Source: an uncultured Alphaproteobacteria bacterium (GTDB lineage: Bacteria > Pseudomonadota > Alphaproteobacteria > CAIYWZ01). From it: DNA of 64,000 nucleotides. This document shows, piece by piece, positions 30,379 to 40,718 of the stretch (position 1 is its first letter; each line of letters starts with the position of its first letter). A program made the position numbers and the translations under genes. The notes beneath the pieces are model-generated. The model searched no databases, was not told the DNA's origin, and worked only from the letters and a program-made list of their open reading frames with translations. The DNA lies in contig CAZCFE010000006.1 in the NCBI GenBank assembly GCA_964497925.1, positions 12,986 through 76,985 of the forward strand, written 5' to 3'.

Positions 30379-30557
30379 TTTATGTTAGAGATGGTCTAAA
30401 ATTGAATCGATACCGTTCTTAAAAATATGTATCTTTTATATCACGAAAAAGTGATTTTTAATTTCTTTTTAATATTTTAAAAAAAATACTTGAAAAAATA
30501 TTAAGAAAGCATCATTAAGTGTTGTAGTAAAGATTAATAAAAGATTGTGATGGTATT

Positions 30558-31433
30558 GTGATGCATAAAAATAATTTAAAACTGGGTATTGTTTTTGCTC
30601 TTGCTGCAATTGCAATTTTTTCTGTAATGAACGCTGTAATCAAAGGAATCGAAGCAACATATCCCCCGGTTCAGGTTGCTTTTATAAGGTTTCTTGTTTC
30701 GATGATTCCTTGTTTTGGGTTTTATTTTTATGAAAAGAACAGGCCTGCGCTTTTTATTTCAACAAAATTAACACTTAAGCACTTATTACGTGGCGTAATG
30801 AGTGGAATTGGAATCACGGCTTTATGTGCTGCTTTTCGCATACTTCCTTTTGGGGACGCAACAGCAATTAATTTTTCTTCTATTTTGTTCATTACGGCTT
30901 TGTCTGTTCCAATGCTGCATCAGCATGTAGATCGATCGAGATGGACGGCTGTTTTAATTGGATTCGTAGGGATTTTAATCATCGCTCAACCTGGTGGAGA
31001 TGTGTTCGGTAAGGGCGCCCTATATGCGTTAATTTATGCAGCAACAGATGCTTATGTTATCGTATCGGGAAGATTGCTAAGTAAAGAACATTCTCCTGGT
31101 GCAGCTACAGCAGTTTTTTGTTTGTTTGCAACTTTGGCAACTGGGATTGGCGCATGTTTTGTTTGGAAAGACCCATCGTTGAATGATTTTCTTATTTTGA
31201 TAAGCCTTGGATTGCTCGGTGGGCTTGGATTTTTATTTCAAACAATTGCTTATAATTTTGCCTCTGCTTCTGCTATTGCGCCTATGGCTTATTCAGGAAT
31301 GTTATGGGGAGGGATTTTTGGTTTTTTCATTTGGGGAGAAGTCCCTAATATGTTCCTTATTCTTGGTGGAATTTTGATTATTGGGAGCGGTTATTATATT
31401 ATTATGCGCGAGGCAAAGGAGTCTGTAAAATGA
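30558..31433 (+). CDS. EamA/DMT superfamily transporter (paralog 1)
   Basis: 291 aa, 10 TM, two EamA repeats; starts MMH. Confidence 0.7.
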   Translation: MMHKNNLKLGIVFALAAIAIFSVMNAVIKGIEATYPPVQVAFIRFLVSMIPCFGFYFYEKNRPALFISTKLTLKHLLRGVMSGIGITALCAAFRILPFGDATAINFSSILFITALSVPMLHQHVDRSRWTAVLIGFVGILIIAQPGGDVFGKGALYALIYAATDAYVIVSGRLLSKEHSPGAATAVFCLFATLATGIGACFVWKDPSLNDFLILISLGLLGGLGFLFQTIAYNFASASAIAPMAYSGMLWGGIFGFFIWGEVPNMFLILGGILIIGSGYYIIMREAKESVK

Positions 31434-32362
31434 TGCACCAAAATATTCGAAATGGGGTTTTTGCTGCACTTGTCACAGCCTTTATCTTTTCATTTTTATA
31501 TGCTTTAGCAAAAGTGCTGTCTGGAAAATTTGATATTGTTCAAGTTGTGTTTTTTAGATATTTTTTTGGGATATTTCCTCCTTTATTATACGTATCAAAG
31601 AAAAGAAAAATCTCGGATTTTATAATTAGCAAAGATATGCTCAGGCAACAAGCTCTCAGAGGAACATCTGGAATGGTAGCGGCAGTTTTGTTGTTTCAAG
31701 CATTCACTATGATGCCAGTTGGGGATGCTGTAGCTTTAACTTTTTCGAATTCTTTATTCTTATGTATGCTGTCTATGCCTATGCTTGGTGAAAAAGTTGA
31801 TTTTGCCAGATGGGTTGCCGTTGGAATTGGATTTATAGGCGTGGTTGTAATGTCAAACCCGACAGGTGATGTTTTTAACTATGGGGCTGTTTTGGTGTTA
31901 TTGTGTGCTTCGATAGATGCCTATGTGCTTTTGAAGGGGAAGTTTTTCAGCAGAACTATGCATATTGGAGTTGTTGTAGTTTATTATAATTGTTTTGCCG
32001 CCTTATCCAGTTTGCTGTTGCTGCCATTTTTTTGGAAAACACCGTCTTTTTATGAATTTGGATGCCTTGCGCTTGTTGGCCTTATGGGGGGGGTTGGACA
32101 ATTATTTTTAACTTATGCATATAAATCTGCGCCTGGATCACTGATTGCGCCTATCGCTTATACAAATATGATATGGACTCTTATTCTGGGGTACACAATC
32201 TGGGGAGATCTTCCTTCAGTGTCTATGATGATGGGCGGTGGAATTGTGATTAGCGCTGGAATTTATCTTATAACTCATGCAAATCGTAAAAAGCATGAAG
32301 TTTTAATGGCAAGTGAATTGAAAACTTTTGAAAAGAATATTGAAGATAAAAAAAGTGCATAA
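31430..32362 (+). CDS. EamA/DMT superfamily transporter (paralog 2)
   Basis: 310 aa with the same architecture. A tandem paralog of the preceding gene with a 4 nt overlap. Confidence 0.7.
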   Translation: MMHQNIRNGVFAALVTAFIFSFLYALAKVLSGKFDIVQVVFFRYFFGIFPPLLYVSKKRKISDFIISKDMLRQQALRGTSGMVAAVLLFQAFTMMPVGDAVALTFSNSLFLCMLSMPMLGEKVDFARWVAVGIGFIGVVVMSNPTGDVFNYGAVLVLLCASIDAYVLLKGKFFSRTMHIGVVVVYYNCFAALSSLLLLPFFWKTPSFYEFGCLALVGLMGGVGQLFLTYAYKSAPGSLIAPIAYTNMIWTLILGYTIWGDLPSVSMMMGGGIVISAGIYLITHANRKKHEVLMASELKTFEKNIEDKKSA

Positions 32363-32489
32363 TTTTAACTTCTTGTTAATTTCTTGATTGATTTTCGTGA
32401 ACGATATGATAATCTCAGATCCGAGTATATTTTTTCCCTAAGGTTAAAAGTATGATTATTTTTTTAATTTAAAGATAGGAGCTGAAAAT

Positions 32490-34580
32490 ATGAGCGGACA
32501 ACCACTCAAAATAAACATTGGAGAACGAAGCGTGGAAAATAAAAAAACGCAAAAAAATGATATAATAAAGCCATTTATTTCGGCATCAACTATTCTTCCT
32601 GAAATTACAATACGTGGAGTATTGTTGGGGATCTTTTTGGCAATGGTTTTAGGGGCTGCAAACGCTTATCTTGGTTTGAAACTTGGATCAACGATTACAG
32701 GATGCATACCTGCTGCTGTTGTGTCTATGGTTTTATTACGCCATTTTAAAAATTCGAATATTTTAGAAAATAATATGGTTCAAACAATTGCTTCAGCTGG
32801 TGAGGTTATTGCTGCAGGTTTAGTTTTTACTCTTCCGGCGGTTGTAATGATGCACTATTGGGCAAATTTTGATATTTTAACAACAACATCAATTGGGATT
32901 ATTGGTGGAATTTTGGGGGTATTTTTCTCAGTTCCTTTGCGCAGAACATATATCGTCCAAGCAAGACTGAAGTATCCTGAAGGTGTTGCGACAGCTGAAG
33001 TTTTGAAATCAGGTGAAGCTGGGACTGCTGGAGCAAAAGAATTGATGATTGGGGGCCTTTTTTCTTCTGTTATCACTTTTTGCCAGACAGGTCTTGGTAT
33101 TTGCGCAGAAGTTGTGCATAAGTGGATAACTCTTCCTGGTGGAACAACTTTTGGTATTGGGACAGGCTTGTCTTTAGCTATGATCGGATCAGGATTTGTG
33201 ATTGGTTATAAAGCATGTATTGCGATGTTGATTGGTGGGGGGATAACTTGGTTAGTAGGTATCCCTTTCTATACAACCGTTTTTGGAACACCAGAAGGAA
33301 AATTTGGATATGATGCTGCTGCTGCTCTTTGGGCAAGCCACATGCGTTTTATTGGCGTTGGTGCTTTTATGGTGGGTGGTCTATGGACGGTCGTTAATAT
33401 TGCAAAACCAATTCAAAAAGCGATCGTATCATCTTTAGAAGCAATTCGTGAAGCAAGAATGGGCAGAGCCCCAGCTGAAATTAGAACAGAAAAAGATATC
33501 CCCATGAATTGGGTTATTATGAGTACAGTTCTTTTTGCTGTTCCAGTTTTCATTCTTTGTTATTATATTTTAGAGACGATTAATCTGGATCTTTCTCAAG
33601 GGTTATTTTGGGCTGTTGTCTCAATTTCTACAGTATTTGCTTTGGTTGTTGGGTTTTTGTGCGCGTGTATTTCATCGTATATGACAGGTATTGTTGGATC
33701 TTCGCATAATCCTTTATCTGGAGTGACGATTATGGGCGTAGTTCTTCTTTCTGCTATTTTATATGCAGTATTGGGAACAAGTGTCAACTTTTCACAAAAT
33801 GGTATTGGTATTGCCGCAATGATTATGATGCTATCTGGCATTACATGTTGCGCTGCTGCTGTAGCAGGGGATAATCTTCAAGATCTTAAGACAGGTCAAA
33901 TTGTTGGATCCACACCTTGGAAACAACAGGCTATGTTGATTGTTGGTGTAATTGCGGGCGCGCTTGCAATTGGACCTGTGTTTCAAATTCTTTATGAAGC
34001 ATATGGTTTAACAGGAGCTCTTCCAAGGGCGGATATGAATCCTGCTGCTGCGATGTCAGCCCCAAAAGCAGCGCTTATGGCTGATATTATTAAAGCTATT
34101 TTTACAGATACTATTAATTGGATCTTGTATGGTATTGGTGGCGCTATTGCCGTTGCTGTGATTTTTATTGATAATCGCCTTAAGTCACAAAATGCTGCTT
34201 TCAGGCTCCCAGTTTTGGCTGTTGCAATTGGTATTTATTTACCATATGCGGTTACAACTGCGGCTCTTTTGGGAGGGTTTATTTCATATCTTGTTGAAAA
34301 GCGCACTGCGCAATCACGTAAAGGGTTGAGTGATGCAGAATCTGCGCAATTAATTGCAAAGATTGAGCAAAAAGGACTTTTGTATTCAGCAGGCCTTATT
34401 GCAGGAGAAGCACTTATGGCGGTGGCTTTAGCCATTCCATTTGCATTCTATCAAACAAATACTCTTTTCCAAATTAAGTCGATTGCATCCAACAGTTTCT
34501 TAACAATGATTTTGGGTGGGGGGCTTGTGTTCTTTGTTTCTTACCATTTTTATAAATCTACAGTAAATGCTGGAAAGTAA
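32490..34580 (+). CDS. OPT-family oligopeptide transporter
   Basis: 696 aa polytopic protein with a typical bacterial OPT N-terminus (ITIRGVLLGIFLAMVLGAANAYLGLKLGSTI). Confidence 0.8.
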   Translation: MSGQPLKINIGERSVENKKTQKNDIIKPFISASTILPEITIRGVLLGIFLAMVLGAANAYLGLKLGSTITGCIPAAVVSMVLLRHFKNSNILENNMVQTIASAGEVIAAGLVFTLPAVVMMHYWANFDILTTTSIGIIGGILGVFFSVPLRRTYIVQARLKYPEGVATAEVLKSGEAGTAGAKELMIGGLFSSVITFCQTGLGICAEVVHKWITLPGGTTFGIGTGLSLAMIGSGFVIGYKACIAMLIGGGITWLVGIPFYTTVFGTPEGKFGYDAAAALWASHMRFIGVGAFMVGGLWTVVNIAKPIQKAIVSSLEAIREARMGRAPAEIRTEKDIPMNWVIMSTVLFAVPVFILCYYILETINLDLSQGLFWAVVSISTVFALVVGFLCACISSYMTGIVGSSHNPLSGVTIMGVVLLSAILYAVLGTSVNFSQNGIGIAAMIMMLSGITCCAAAVAGDNLQDLKTGQIVGSTPWKQQAMLIVGVIAGALAIGPVFQILYEAYGLTGALPRADMNPAAAMSAPKAALMADIIKAIFTDTINWILYGIGGAIAVAVIFIDNRLKSQNAAFRLPVLAVAIGIYLPYAVTTAALLGGFISYLVEKRTAQSRKGLSDAESAQLIAKIEQKGLLYSAGLIAGEALMAVALAIPFAFYQTNTLFQIKSIASNSFLTMILGGGLVFFVSYHFYKSTVNAGK

Positions 34581-34587
34581 TTAAGAA

Positions 34588-34627
34588 TAAAAAAAGCGCT
34601 AGATGTTTTCTCTAGCGCTTTTTTATT
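34588..34627. terminator. Bidirectional intrinsic terminator between the convergent OPT transporter and leuS genes
   Basis: A-tract, then the perfect hairpin agcgctaga..tctagcgct, then a T-tract. Confidence 0.6.
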
Positions 34628-34636
34628 GTTTTATGT

Positions 34637-37174
34637 TTATGGAGCAACAAAATTAACCATTCTTTTTGGTATAATAATTGTTTTTTTGATTTCTTTTCCT
34701 TCTAAGAATCTTGCCACGTTTGAATCATTTTGACATAGCTGTCTTAAGGATTCATCATCTATATTGGCATCAACATTAATTTGTGCGCGCATTTTTCCGT
34801 TCACTTGAACACCTATTAAAATTGTATCATCAACCAAAAACTCATCAAGAGCCTTTGGAAAAGCGATTTTATAAAGTGGCTCTGATGAAAACTTTAATTC
34901 TTCCCAAAGCTGTGAAGTGATATGAGGAATAAAAGGAAAGGCAAGTTTTAAAATGGCTTCTATGGCTTCTTTCACAGCTTCTTGATCTTTATGTGTTTGG
35001 ATTTTAAAATCTGCAATTGCATTGCTGAGTTCACGAATTCGAGCAATTGCTCTATTGAAAGCGAATCTTTCAATATCCTCTTCAATTTTGGCAATTGTTT
35101 TATGTGTCATTTTTCTTAAAAATAAGGTATCAGAATCTTTATCTTCGAATGCAGAAGTAAGATCTGCTTGCATGCAAATACGCCACAGTCTGTGAATATA
35201 TTTCCAGCACCCATCAATGCCAGCATCAGACCAATCTAAATCTTTTTCAGGAGGTGTGTCTGAGAGCATAAATAGTCGCGCTGTATCAGCTCCATAAGCT
35301 TTGACAATATCTTGAGGGTCTATCACGTTTTTCTTGGATTTGCTCATTTTTTCACAGCGTCCAATTTTAACTTCTGAACCATCAGATAGGGTGAATGCTT
35401 TATTACCTTCAAATTTGATATCAGTAGGAGATAGCCATTGATTGTTCATATCTTTGTATGTCTCATGACAAACCATACCTTGTGTCATAAGGCCTTTGAA
35501 AGGTTCTTGAATGCCAATATATCCGCATTTGTTTAACGCTCGTGTAAAAAAACGTGCATAAAGAAGATGAAGAACAGCATGTTCCACACCGCCAATATAT
35601 TGATCAACTGGCGCAAAATAATCGATCATTTTTCGATCAAAAGCTTGTTCTGTTTGATCTGGGCATATATAGCGTAAGAAATACCATGAAGACTCAAAAA
35701 AAGTATCCATGGTGTCTGTATCACGCAATGCAGAAGATTTACAGCTTGGGCATGTTGTATGTTTCCATGTTGGATGATGATCGAGCGGATTTCCAGGTTT
35801 ATCAAAAGTAACATCGCTTGGCAGAACAATAGGGAGTTCATTCCTTGGAACAGGAACAATTCCGCATGAAGGGCAGTGAACAACAGGAATTGGGCAGCCC
35901 CAGTATCGTTGACGAGAAACTCCCCAGTCACGAAGTCGGTATTGGATAACGCCCTTGCCGCTATTTTGTGATTCTAATTTTTCAATCACTTTTTGTTTTG
36001 CGCTTTGAGATGTAAGCCCTGTTAAAAAATCAGATTCAATTGCAATACCTTCTGATGTGTAGGGTAGTTCAACAGAAGTCTGATCTTCAGGCGCAACAAC
36101 TTGAATAATTGAAAGATTGTATTTTGTTGCAAACTCAAAGTCACGCTGATCGTGAGCTGGGCATCCAAAAAGCGCACCAGAGCCATAATCCATAAGAACA
36201 AAATTTGCAATCCAAACTGGGATTTTGCGTCCTTTTAAAAAAGGGTGTGTCACATAAAGCCCTGTTGCAATTCCTTTTTTTTCCATTGTTTCTAAAGCGA
36301 CTTCGGATGTTCCTTGTGTGTCGGCATCTTTTATAAAATCTGCAATTTGAGAATTTTGTTTTGCAAGAGATTCTGCAATTGGATGGTGAGGGGCAATGGC
36401 AAGGAAAGATGCGCCAAAAATAGTATCTGGCCTTGTTGTAAAAATTTCAATATGAGAATCTTTATCTACAATATTAAAATAAATGTTTGCGCCTTGCGAT
36501 TTTCCAATCCAATTTTCTTGCATCAGTTTTACTTTATCAGGCCATTTATCAAGTGTTTTGAGTCCATCTAAAAGGTCGTCGGCAAAATCGGTAATTTTCA
36601 AAAACCATTGATTGAGCTGTTTTCTTTCAACAAGTGCACCAGATCTCCATCCACGTCCATCAACGACTTGTTCATTGGCAAGAACAGTGTTTTCAACTGG
36701 ATCCCAATTTACCCAAGAATTTTTTTGATAAACCAAATTATTTTCTAAAAAGCTTAAGAAAAATTCCTGCTCATGTTTGTAGTATTCAGGTGTGTGTGTT
36801 GCAAGCTCTTTAGACCAATCATATGAAAATCCAATTGATTTAAGCTGTTCTTTCATATCTTGAATATTGCTTTGTGTCCAGGCGGCAGGGTGGACTTTTT
36901 TTTCTAATGCTGCATTTTCAGCTGGAAGTCCGAACGAATCCCATCCCATGGGATGAAGAACATTGTATCCTTGCATGCGCTTAAATCTTGCAATAACATC
37001 CCCTTGGCTATAGTTGCGGACATGTCCCATATGAATTCTGCCAGAAGGATAAGGCAACATTTCCAGTACATAATATTTAGGTAAAGATGGATCGAATTTT
37101 GCAGCGTCTACCTTTTCTTTATCCCAAATTTTTTGCCACTTATCTTCGGTCTCTTTTATCAAATATTGACTCAT
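34637..37174 (-). CDS. leuS: Leucine--tRNA ligase
   Basis: 845 aa with HMGH (PYPSGRIHMGHVRNY) and KMSKS motifs. Confidence 0.95.
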   Translation of the reverse strand: MSQYLIKETEDKWQKIWDKEKVDAAKFDPSLPKYYVLEMLPYPSGRIHMGHVRNYSQGDVIARFKRMQGYNVLHPMGWDSFGLPAENAALEKKVHPAAWTQSNIQDMKEQLKSIGFSYDWSKELATHTPEYYKHEQEFFLSFLENNLVYQKNSWVNWDPVENTVLANEQVVDGRGWRSGALVERKQLNQWFLKITDFADDLLDGLKTLDKWPDKVKLMQENWIGKSQGANIYFNIVDKDSHIEIFTTRPDTIFGASFLAIAPHHPIAESLAKQNSQIADFIKDADTQGTSEVALETMEKKGIATGLYVTHPFLKGRKIPVWIANFVLMDYGSGALFGCPAHDQRDFEFATKYNLSIIQVVAPEDQTSVELPYTSEGIAIESDFLTGLTSQSAKQKVIEKLESQNSGKGVIQYRLRDWGVSRQRYWGCPIPVVHCPSCGIVPVPRNELPIVLPSDVTFDKPGNPLDHHPTWKHTTCPSCKSSALRDTDTMDTFFESSWYFLRYICPDQTEQAFDRKMIDYFAPVDQYIGGVEHAVLHLLYARFFTRALNKCGYIGIQEPFKGLMTQGMVCHETYKDMNNQWLSPTDIKFEGNKAFTLSDGSEVKIGRCEKMSKSKKNVIDPQDIVKAYGADTARLFMLSDTPPEKDLDWSDAGIDGCWKYIHRLWRICMQADLTSAFEDKDSDTLFLRKMTHKTIAKIEEDIERFAFNRAIARIRELSNAIADFKIQTHKDQEAVKEAIEAILKLAFPFIPHITSQLWEELKFSSEPLYKIAFPKALDEFLVDDTILIGVQVNGKMRAQINVDANIDDESLRQLCQNDSNVARFLEGKEIKKTIIIPKRMVNFVAP

Positions 37175-37353
37175 TTTTTATTTTCTTCTTTCTTTTCTTT
37201 TTCCTGAATGGGGAATTTCAGTTCTCCAAATATTTTTCCTTTTTTTTGTGCTAGAACTTCCTGTTTATCTTTCGGGGAGTCCAATTGAGCTTCTTCACCA
37301 GAACAGCCTGATAATAAAAACAATACCATAAAACCAATAACTTTGTCAAACAT
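37171..37353 (-). CDS. Small putative lipoprotein
   Basis: 60 aa with a lipobox (LLSGC|S) and a Lys/Glu-rich tail. Its stop overlaps the leuS start (ATGA). Confidence 0.3.
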   Translation of the reverse strand: MFDKVIGFMVLFLLSGCSGEEAQLDSPKDKQEVLAQKKGKIFGELKFPIQEKEKKEENKK

Positions 37354-38073
37354 TTTTAACCTCTTTTTTATATCTTGTTGAATTAATTCTATATAGTTTA
37401 TGCCTACTTATAAACAAAATAATTTTCATATTGAACGTTTGACATGAATAGATAGTAAAAGGTGTCATGATTTTTAAAATAGATGAGTAATGGCTTTTGT
37501 GGATAATGTTAGGCGAAGTGGTTTGAATTTTATAGAAATATTTTCTAGCTCACAAGAAAAAGCGTGTGCATACGAATATCTTATAAAGTCAGATTTTTTG
37601 TACGTGATTATGGAGTTGAGAGAATAAAATGACCTGTTGAATATAATCTTAAAGATCTTGGCCTGGAATTTCAAAATCACGCAATACATAGGGTGCACAG
37701 AAAGACGACTTTTTTTTAGCCAGAGAAGGGGAAAGCTTTTCTCAGATACAAAGCGTTTTAGGTTTATTGCAAGAATACAATGATCAAATTTTGACAGCTT
37801 TGTGAGTGCATTCTGATGATGTTCAACGTTTTGTTCCGCGATTGCAGAACCCGCGATGGAGGGGAGTTTTATAACAATTCAGGGGATGGCTGCTGAACTC
37901 TCTGGATCAGAAGGCGAAACTGATGAATCAGATTGTGGTCAATTATCTAAGGTGAGTGATTTTTGCAACAGGCAAGAATTATTTTCCAAAATATGGCGAA
38001 TAAGATTGTTTTTAATATTTATAACTGATATATTTGTTGTGAAAGTATTTAATTAACAATAAAGGTTTTTGCT

Positions 38074-39402
38074 ATGTTTTTCTTAAAGTGTAAGCTTATT
38101 TTTCTGGCTCATTTTCTTTTAAGTGGAGCTGTATGTGCAAAAGAACAGCCCAATTCAACATTTACGCTTGATAATGGGTTGCGTGTTTTTGTATTGACGA
38201 ATACGCGCGTTCCTGTTGTGTATCATTCTGTTTGGTATAAAGTTGGAAGTACTAATGACCCTATTGGGAAATCCGGTATGGCACACTATTTAGAGCATAT
38301 GATGTTTAAGTCGAGTAAAAATTACCCAAGTGGCGAATATGTTAAAATTGTTGAAAGGTGCGGAGCAAGATATAATGCCACAACGTCTTATGATCGCACA
38401 AATTACTATCAAACAGTGGATAAAAAGCATCTTGAGACAATGATGAAGCTTGAAGCTGATCGTATGGTGAATTTAACAATGGATGAAAAAGAAGCGCTAT
38501 CTGAGAGAAAGGTTGTGATTGAAGAACGCCTTATGACAAGAGATAATCCTCCAGAAGGAAGGCTATCAGAAATGTTGATCGCGCATTATTATTTGCACCA
38601 TCCCTATAGAAGACCAGTTATTGGGTGGAAACATGAAATGGAAACGTATACGCATCAAGATGCCTTGAATTTTTATAAAAAATTCTATTCGCCCAGCAAC
38701 GCAATGATCATTTTATCTGGAGATATTACCAAGGAAGAAGCAAAGGCTTTAACTCAGAAGTATTACGGATCCATACCTGCTGCGCCTGTTGAGGAAGCAA
38801 CGTATCTTCAAGAGCCGGATAATCATCAAATAACAGCTCAATTAGAGCTTAAAGATAAAGATTTTGGCACCCCTTCATTTAGTTTTGTATTTAAGGGGAT
38901 TTCATGGAAAGATGATATAAAGAAAGCCTATGCATTAGACGTTGTTGCATCTTTATTGAGCGGAAAAACAGGTCTTTGGTATGATACTTTGGTCGAAAAA
39001 GAAAAAATCGCAACAAATGTTAGCGTAAGCTATCATGGCTTTGTGTTTGATGTTGCGGCTCCTTTTGAAATTGAGCTGTCTCTTCCTAAGGGAGCAGATG
39101 TGGGTCTTGCAAAAAAACGCTTGGCTTTGCTCATTGAAGATCTTGTCAAGAACGATTTAAGTGATGATGATGTCAAGCTTGCCAAAACAAAAGCAACAAA
39201 CGTGTTTGATTATATTAAAGATAGTGCAACAAGTTATGGGAATTTTGTGGGGGGCTTGCTGATTAAAGGGTTTACGCTTGATCAAATTGAATCCATGCGA
39301 GATAACCTTGATAAGGTGACTAAAGAAGATATGAAAAAGGTCATTAAAGAGATTTTTGGGGTTCCTCCTCGGGTAATTTCTAGCGCACTTCCTCAAGAAT
39401 AA
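38074..39402 (+). CDS. M16 family zinc peptidase (active subunit, HxxEH)
   Basis: 442 aa with a signal peptide and zinc motif HYLEHMMFK...E. Confidence 0.8.
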   Translation: MFFLKCKLIFLAHFLLSGAVCAKEQPNSTFTLDNGLRVFVLTNTRVPVVYHSVWYKVGSTNDPIGKSGMAHYLEHMMFKSSKNYPSGEYVKIVERCGARYNATTSYDRTNYYQTVDKKHLETMMKLEADRMVNLTMDEKEALSERKVVIEERLMTRDNPPEGRLSEMLIAHYYLHHPYRRPVIGWKHEMETYTHQDALNFYKKFYSPSNAMIILSGDITKEEAKALTQKYYGSIPAAPVEEATYLQEPDNHQITAQLELKDKDFGTPSFSFVFKGISWKDDIKKAYALDVVASLLSGKTGLWYDTLVEKEKIATNVSVSYHGFVFDVAAPFEIELSLPKGADVGLAKKRLALLIEDLVKNDLSDDDVKLAKTKATNVFDYIKDSATSYGNFVGGLLIKGFTLDQIESMRDNLDKVTKEDMKKVIKEIFGVPPRVISSALPQE

Positions 39403-39422
39403 TAAATTGGAGTTTTTAAGTT

Positions 39423-40718
39423 ATGAAGAATTTTCTTTTAGTATGTGCTTTGACTGTATGTTTTTTTGCAAAACTGCAGGCAATTCAAGTTATTCCACTT
39501 GAGACGAAAAAAGGTATTAAGGTCTGGTTTGTTGAAGAAAAAAATTCTAATATTATTTCTTTAGGGGCCGTTTTTAAAAATTCAGGAGCAGTTCACGACC
39601 CAAATTCAAAATTAGGGCTTTCTGGATTTGCGTCTAGCCTGATGACGCAAGGAACTAAAAACCTTGAATATAAAGCATTTATCAGGAGGCTTGAAGAATT
39701 GTCAATTTCCTCTCTGAGAGTTGGATCTACTGGGGATCATATTGATATATCTTTGGTGACATTAGTCAGAGCTAAAGACGCGGCTTTTGGTTTATTAAAA
39801 GAGGTGTTGATGCAGCCACGTTTTGACGCGGTTCAGATGCAGGTCCTCAAGGATCAAGCGATTTCTGCGATACAAGAAGAAGAACGTAACCCTCAGAGTG
39901 TTGCTTCAGTAAAAGGTGCAGAAATTCTTTTTAAAGATCATCCTTATGGCAGACGTAATAGAGGAACGATTGAGAGCATTAACAGTATTGCTATAGAAGA
40001 TTTGCAAGATTTTATTTCCACAAGATTTGCAAGAGACAGGTTAATTATCGGCATATGTGGAAACATGACTAAGGACGAGATTATAAGCTTAGTAGATAAT
40101 GTTTTTGGTGACTTGCCAGCTCAAAGCAAACTGCCAGAAATAGCCAAAATTAATCCACTTTTGAATAATGACATCACGCATATTGAATGGGATATTCCTC
40201 AAACAGTAATAAGATTTGCTGGTCCTGGGGTTTCTGTTCAAGATCCAGATATTTATGCCGCTAGTATTTTATTTCATTTGCTTGGAAGTGGATTTGAGGG
40301 GCGTTTGATGCGTGAAATTCGTGTGAAACGGGGCCTTACTTATGGCGTTGGCGTGGGGCTTATGAATATGGAAAAATCAGATATTTTTGCCGGGGGAATG
40401 GCAACAAGCTCTCAAAATGCGATGCAAGCTATTGAAGCGGTTAAGGAAATCTGGAAAGATGTCATTCAAAATGGTGTTACGCAAGAAGAGGTTAATAAAG
40501 CTAAAGATTCTCTTGTTAATTCATATGTTCTTAATTTTATGCAAACTGCTCAAATAGCTGGTCAATTGGTGGGGCTTCAGCTTGCAGGGCGTGATATTGA
40601 TTATTTTAATAAACGTAATGATTTGGTTCAAGCTGTTACTTTGGAAGATGTTAACCGTGTTGCAAAAAAATTGCTGAATGTGGATAAGCTTCCTTTTGTT
40701 AAAGTTGGGAAAAAGTAA
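39423..40718 (+). CDS. M16 family peptidase-like protein (non-catalytic partner, no HxxEH)
   Basis: 431 aa with a signal peptide and M16 fold-type sequence but no inverzincin motif. Paired with the upstream active M16 gene. Confidence 0.65.
   Translation: MKNFLLVCALTVCFFAKLQAIQVIPLETKKGIKVWFVEEKNSNIISLGAVFKNSGAVHDPNSKLGLSGFASSLMTQGTKNLEYKAFIRRLEELSISSLRVGSTGDHIDISLVTLVRAKDAAFGLLKEVLMQPRFDAVQMQVLKDQAISAIQEEERNPQSVASVKGAEILFKDHPYGRRNRGTIESINSIAIEDLQDFISTRFARDRLIIGICGNMTKDEIISLVDNVFGDLPAQSKLPEIAKINPLLNNDITHIEWDIPQTVIRFAGPGVSVQDPDIYAASILFHLLGSGFEGRLMREIRVKRGLTYGVGVGLMNMEKSDIFAGGMATSSQNAMQAIEAVKEIWKDVIQNGVTQEEVNKAKDSLVNSYVLNFMQTAQIAGQLVGLQLAGRDIDYFNKRNDLVQAVTLEDVNRVAKKLLNVDKLPFVKVGKK

Noticed and set aside
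37474-38056. Annotating the ORFs at 37474-37698 (74 aa) and 37856-38056 (66 aa) as genes
   Set aside because: No RBS, no domain, and the 74 aa ORF is just the ATG-initiated tail of a longer stop-free frame with no start. It is treated as a probable pseudogene remnant instead.
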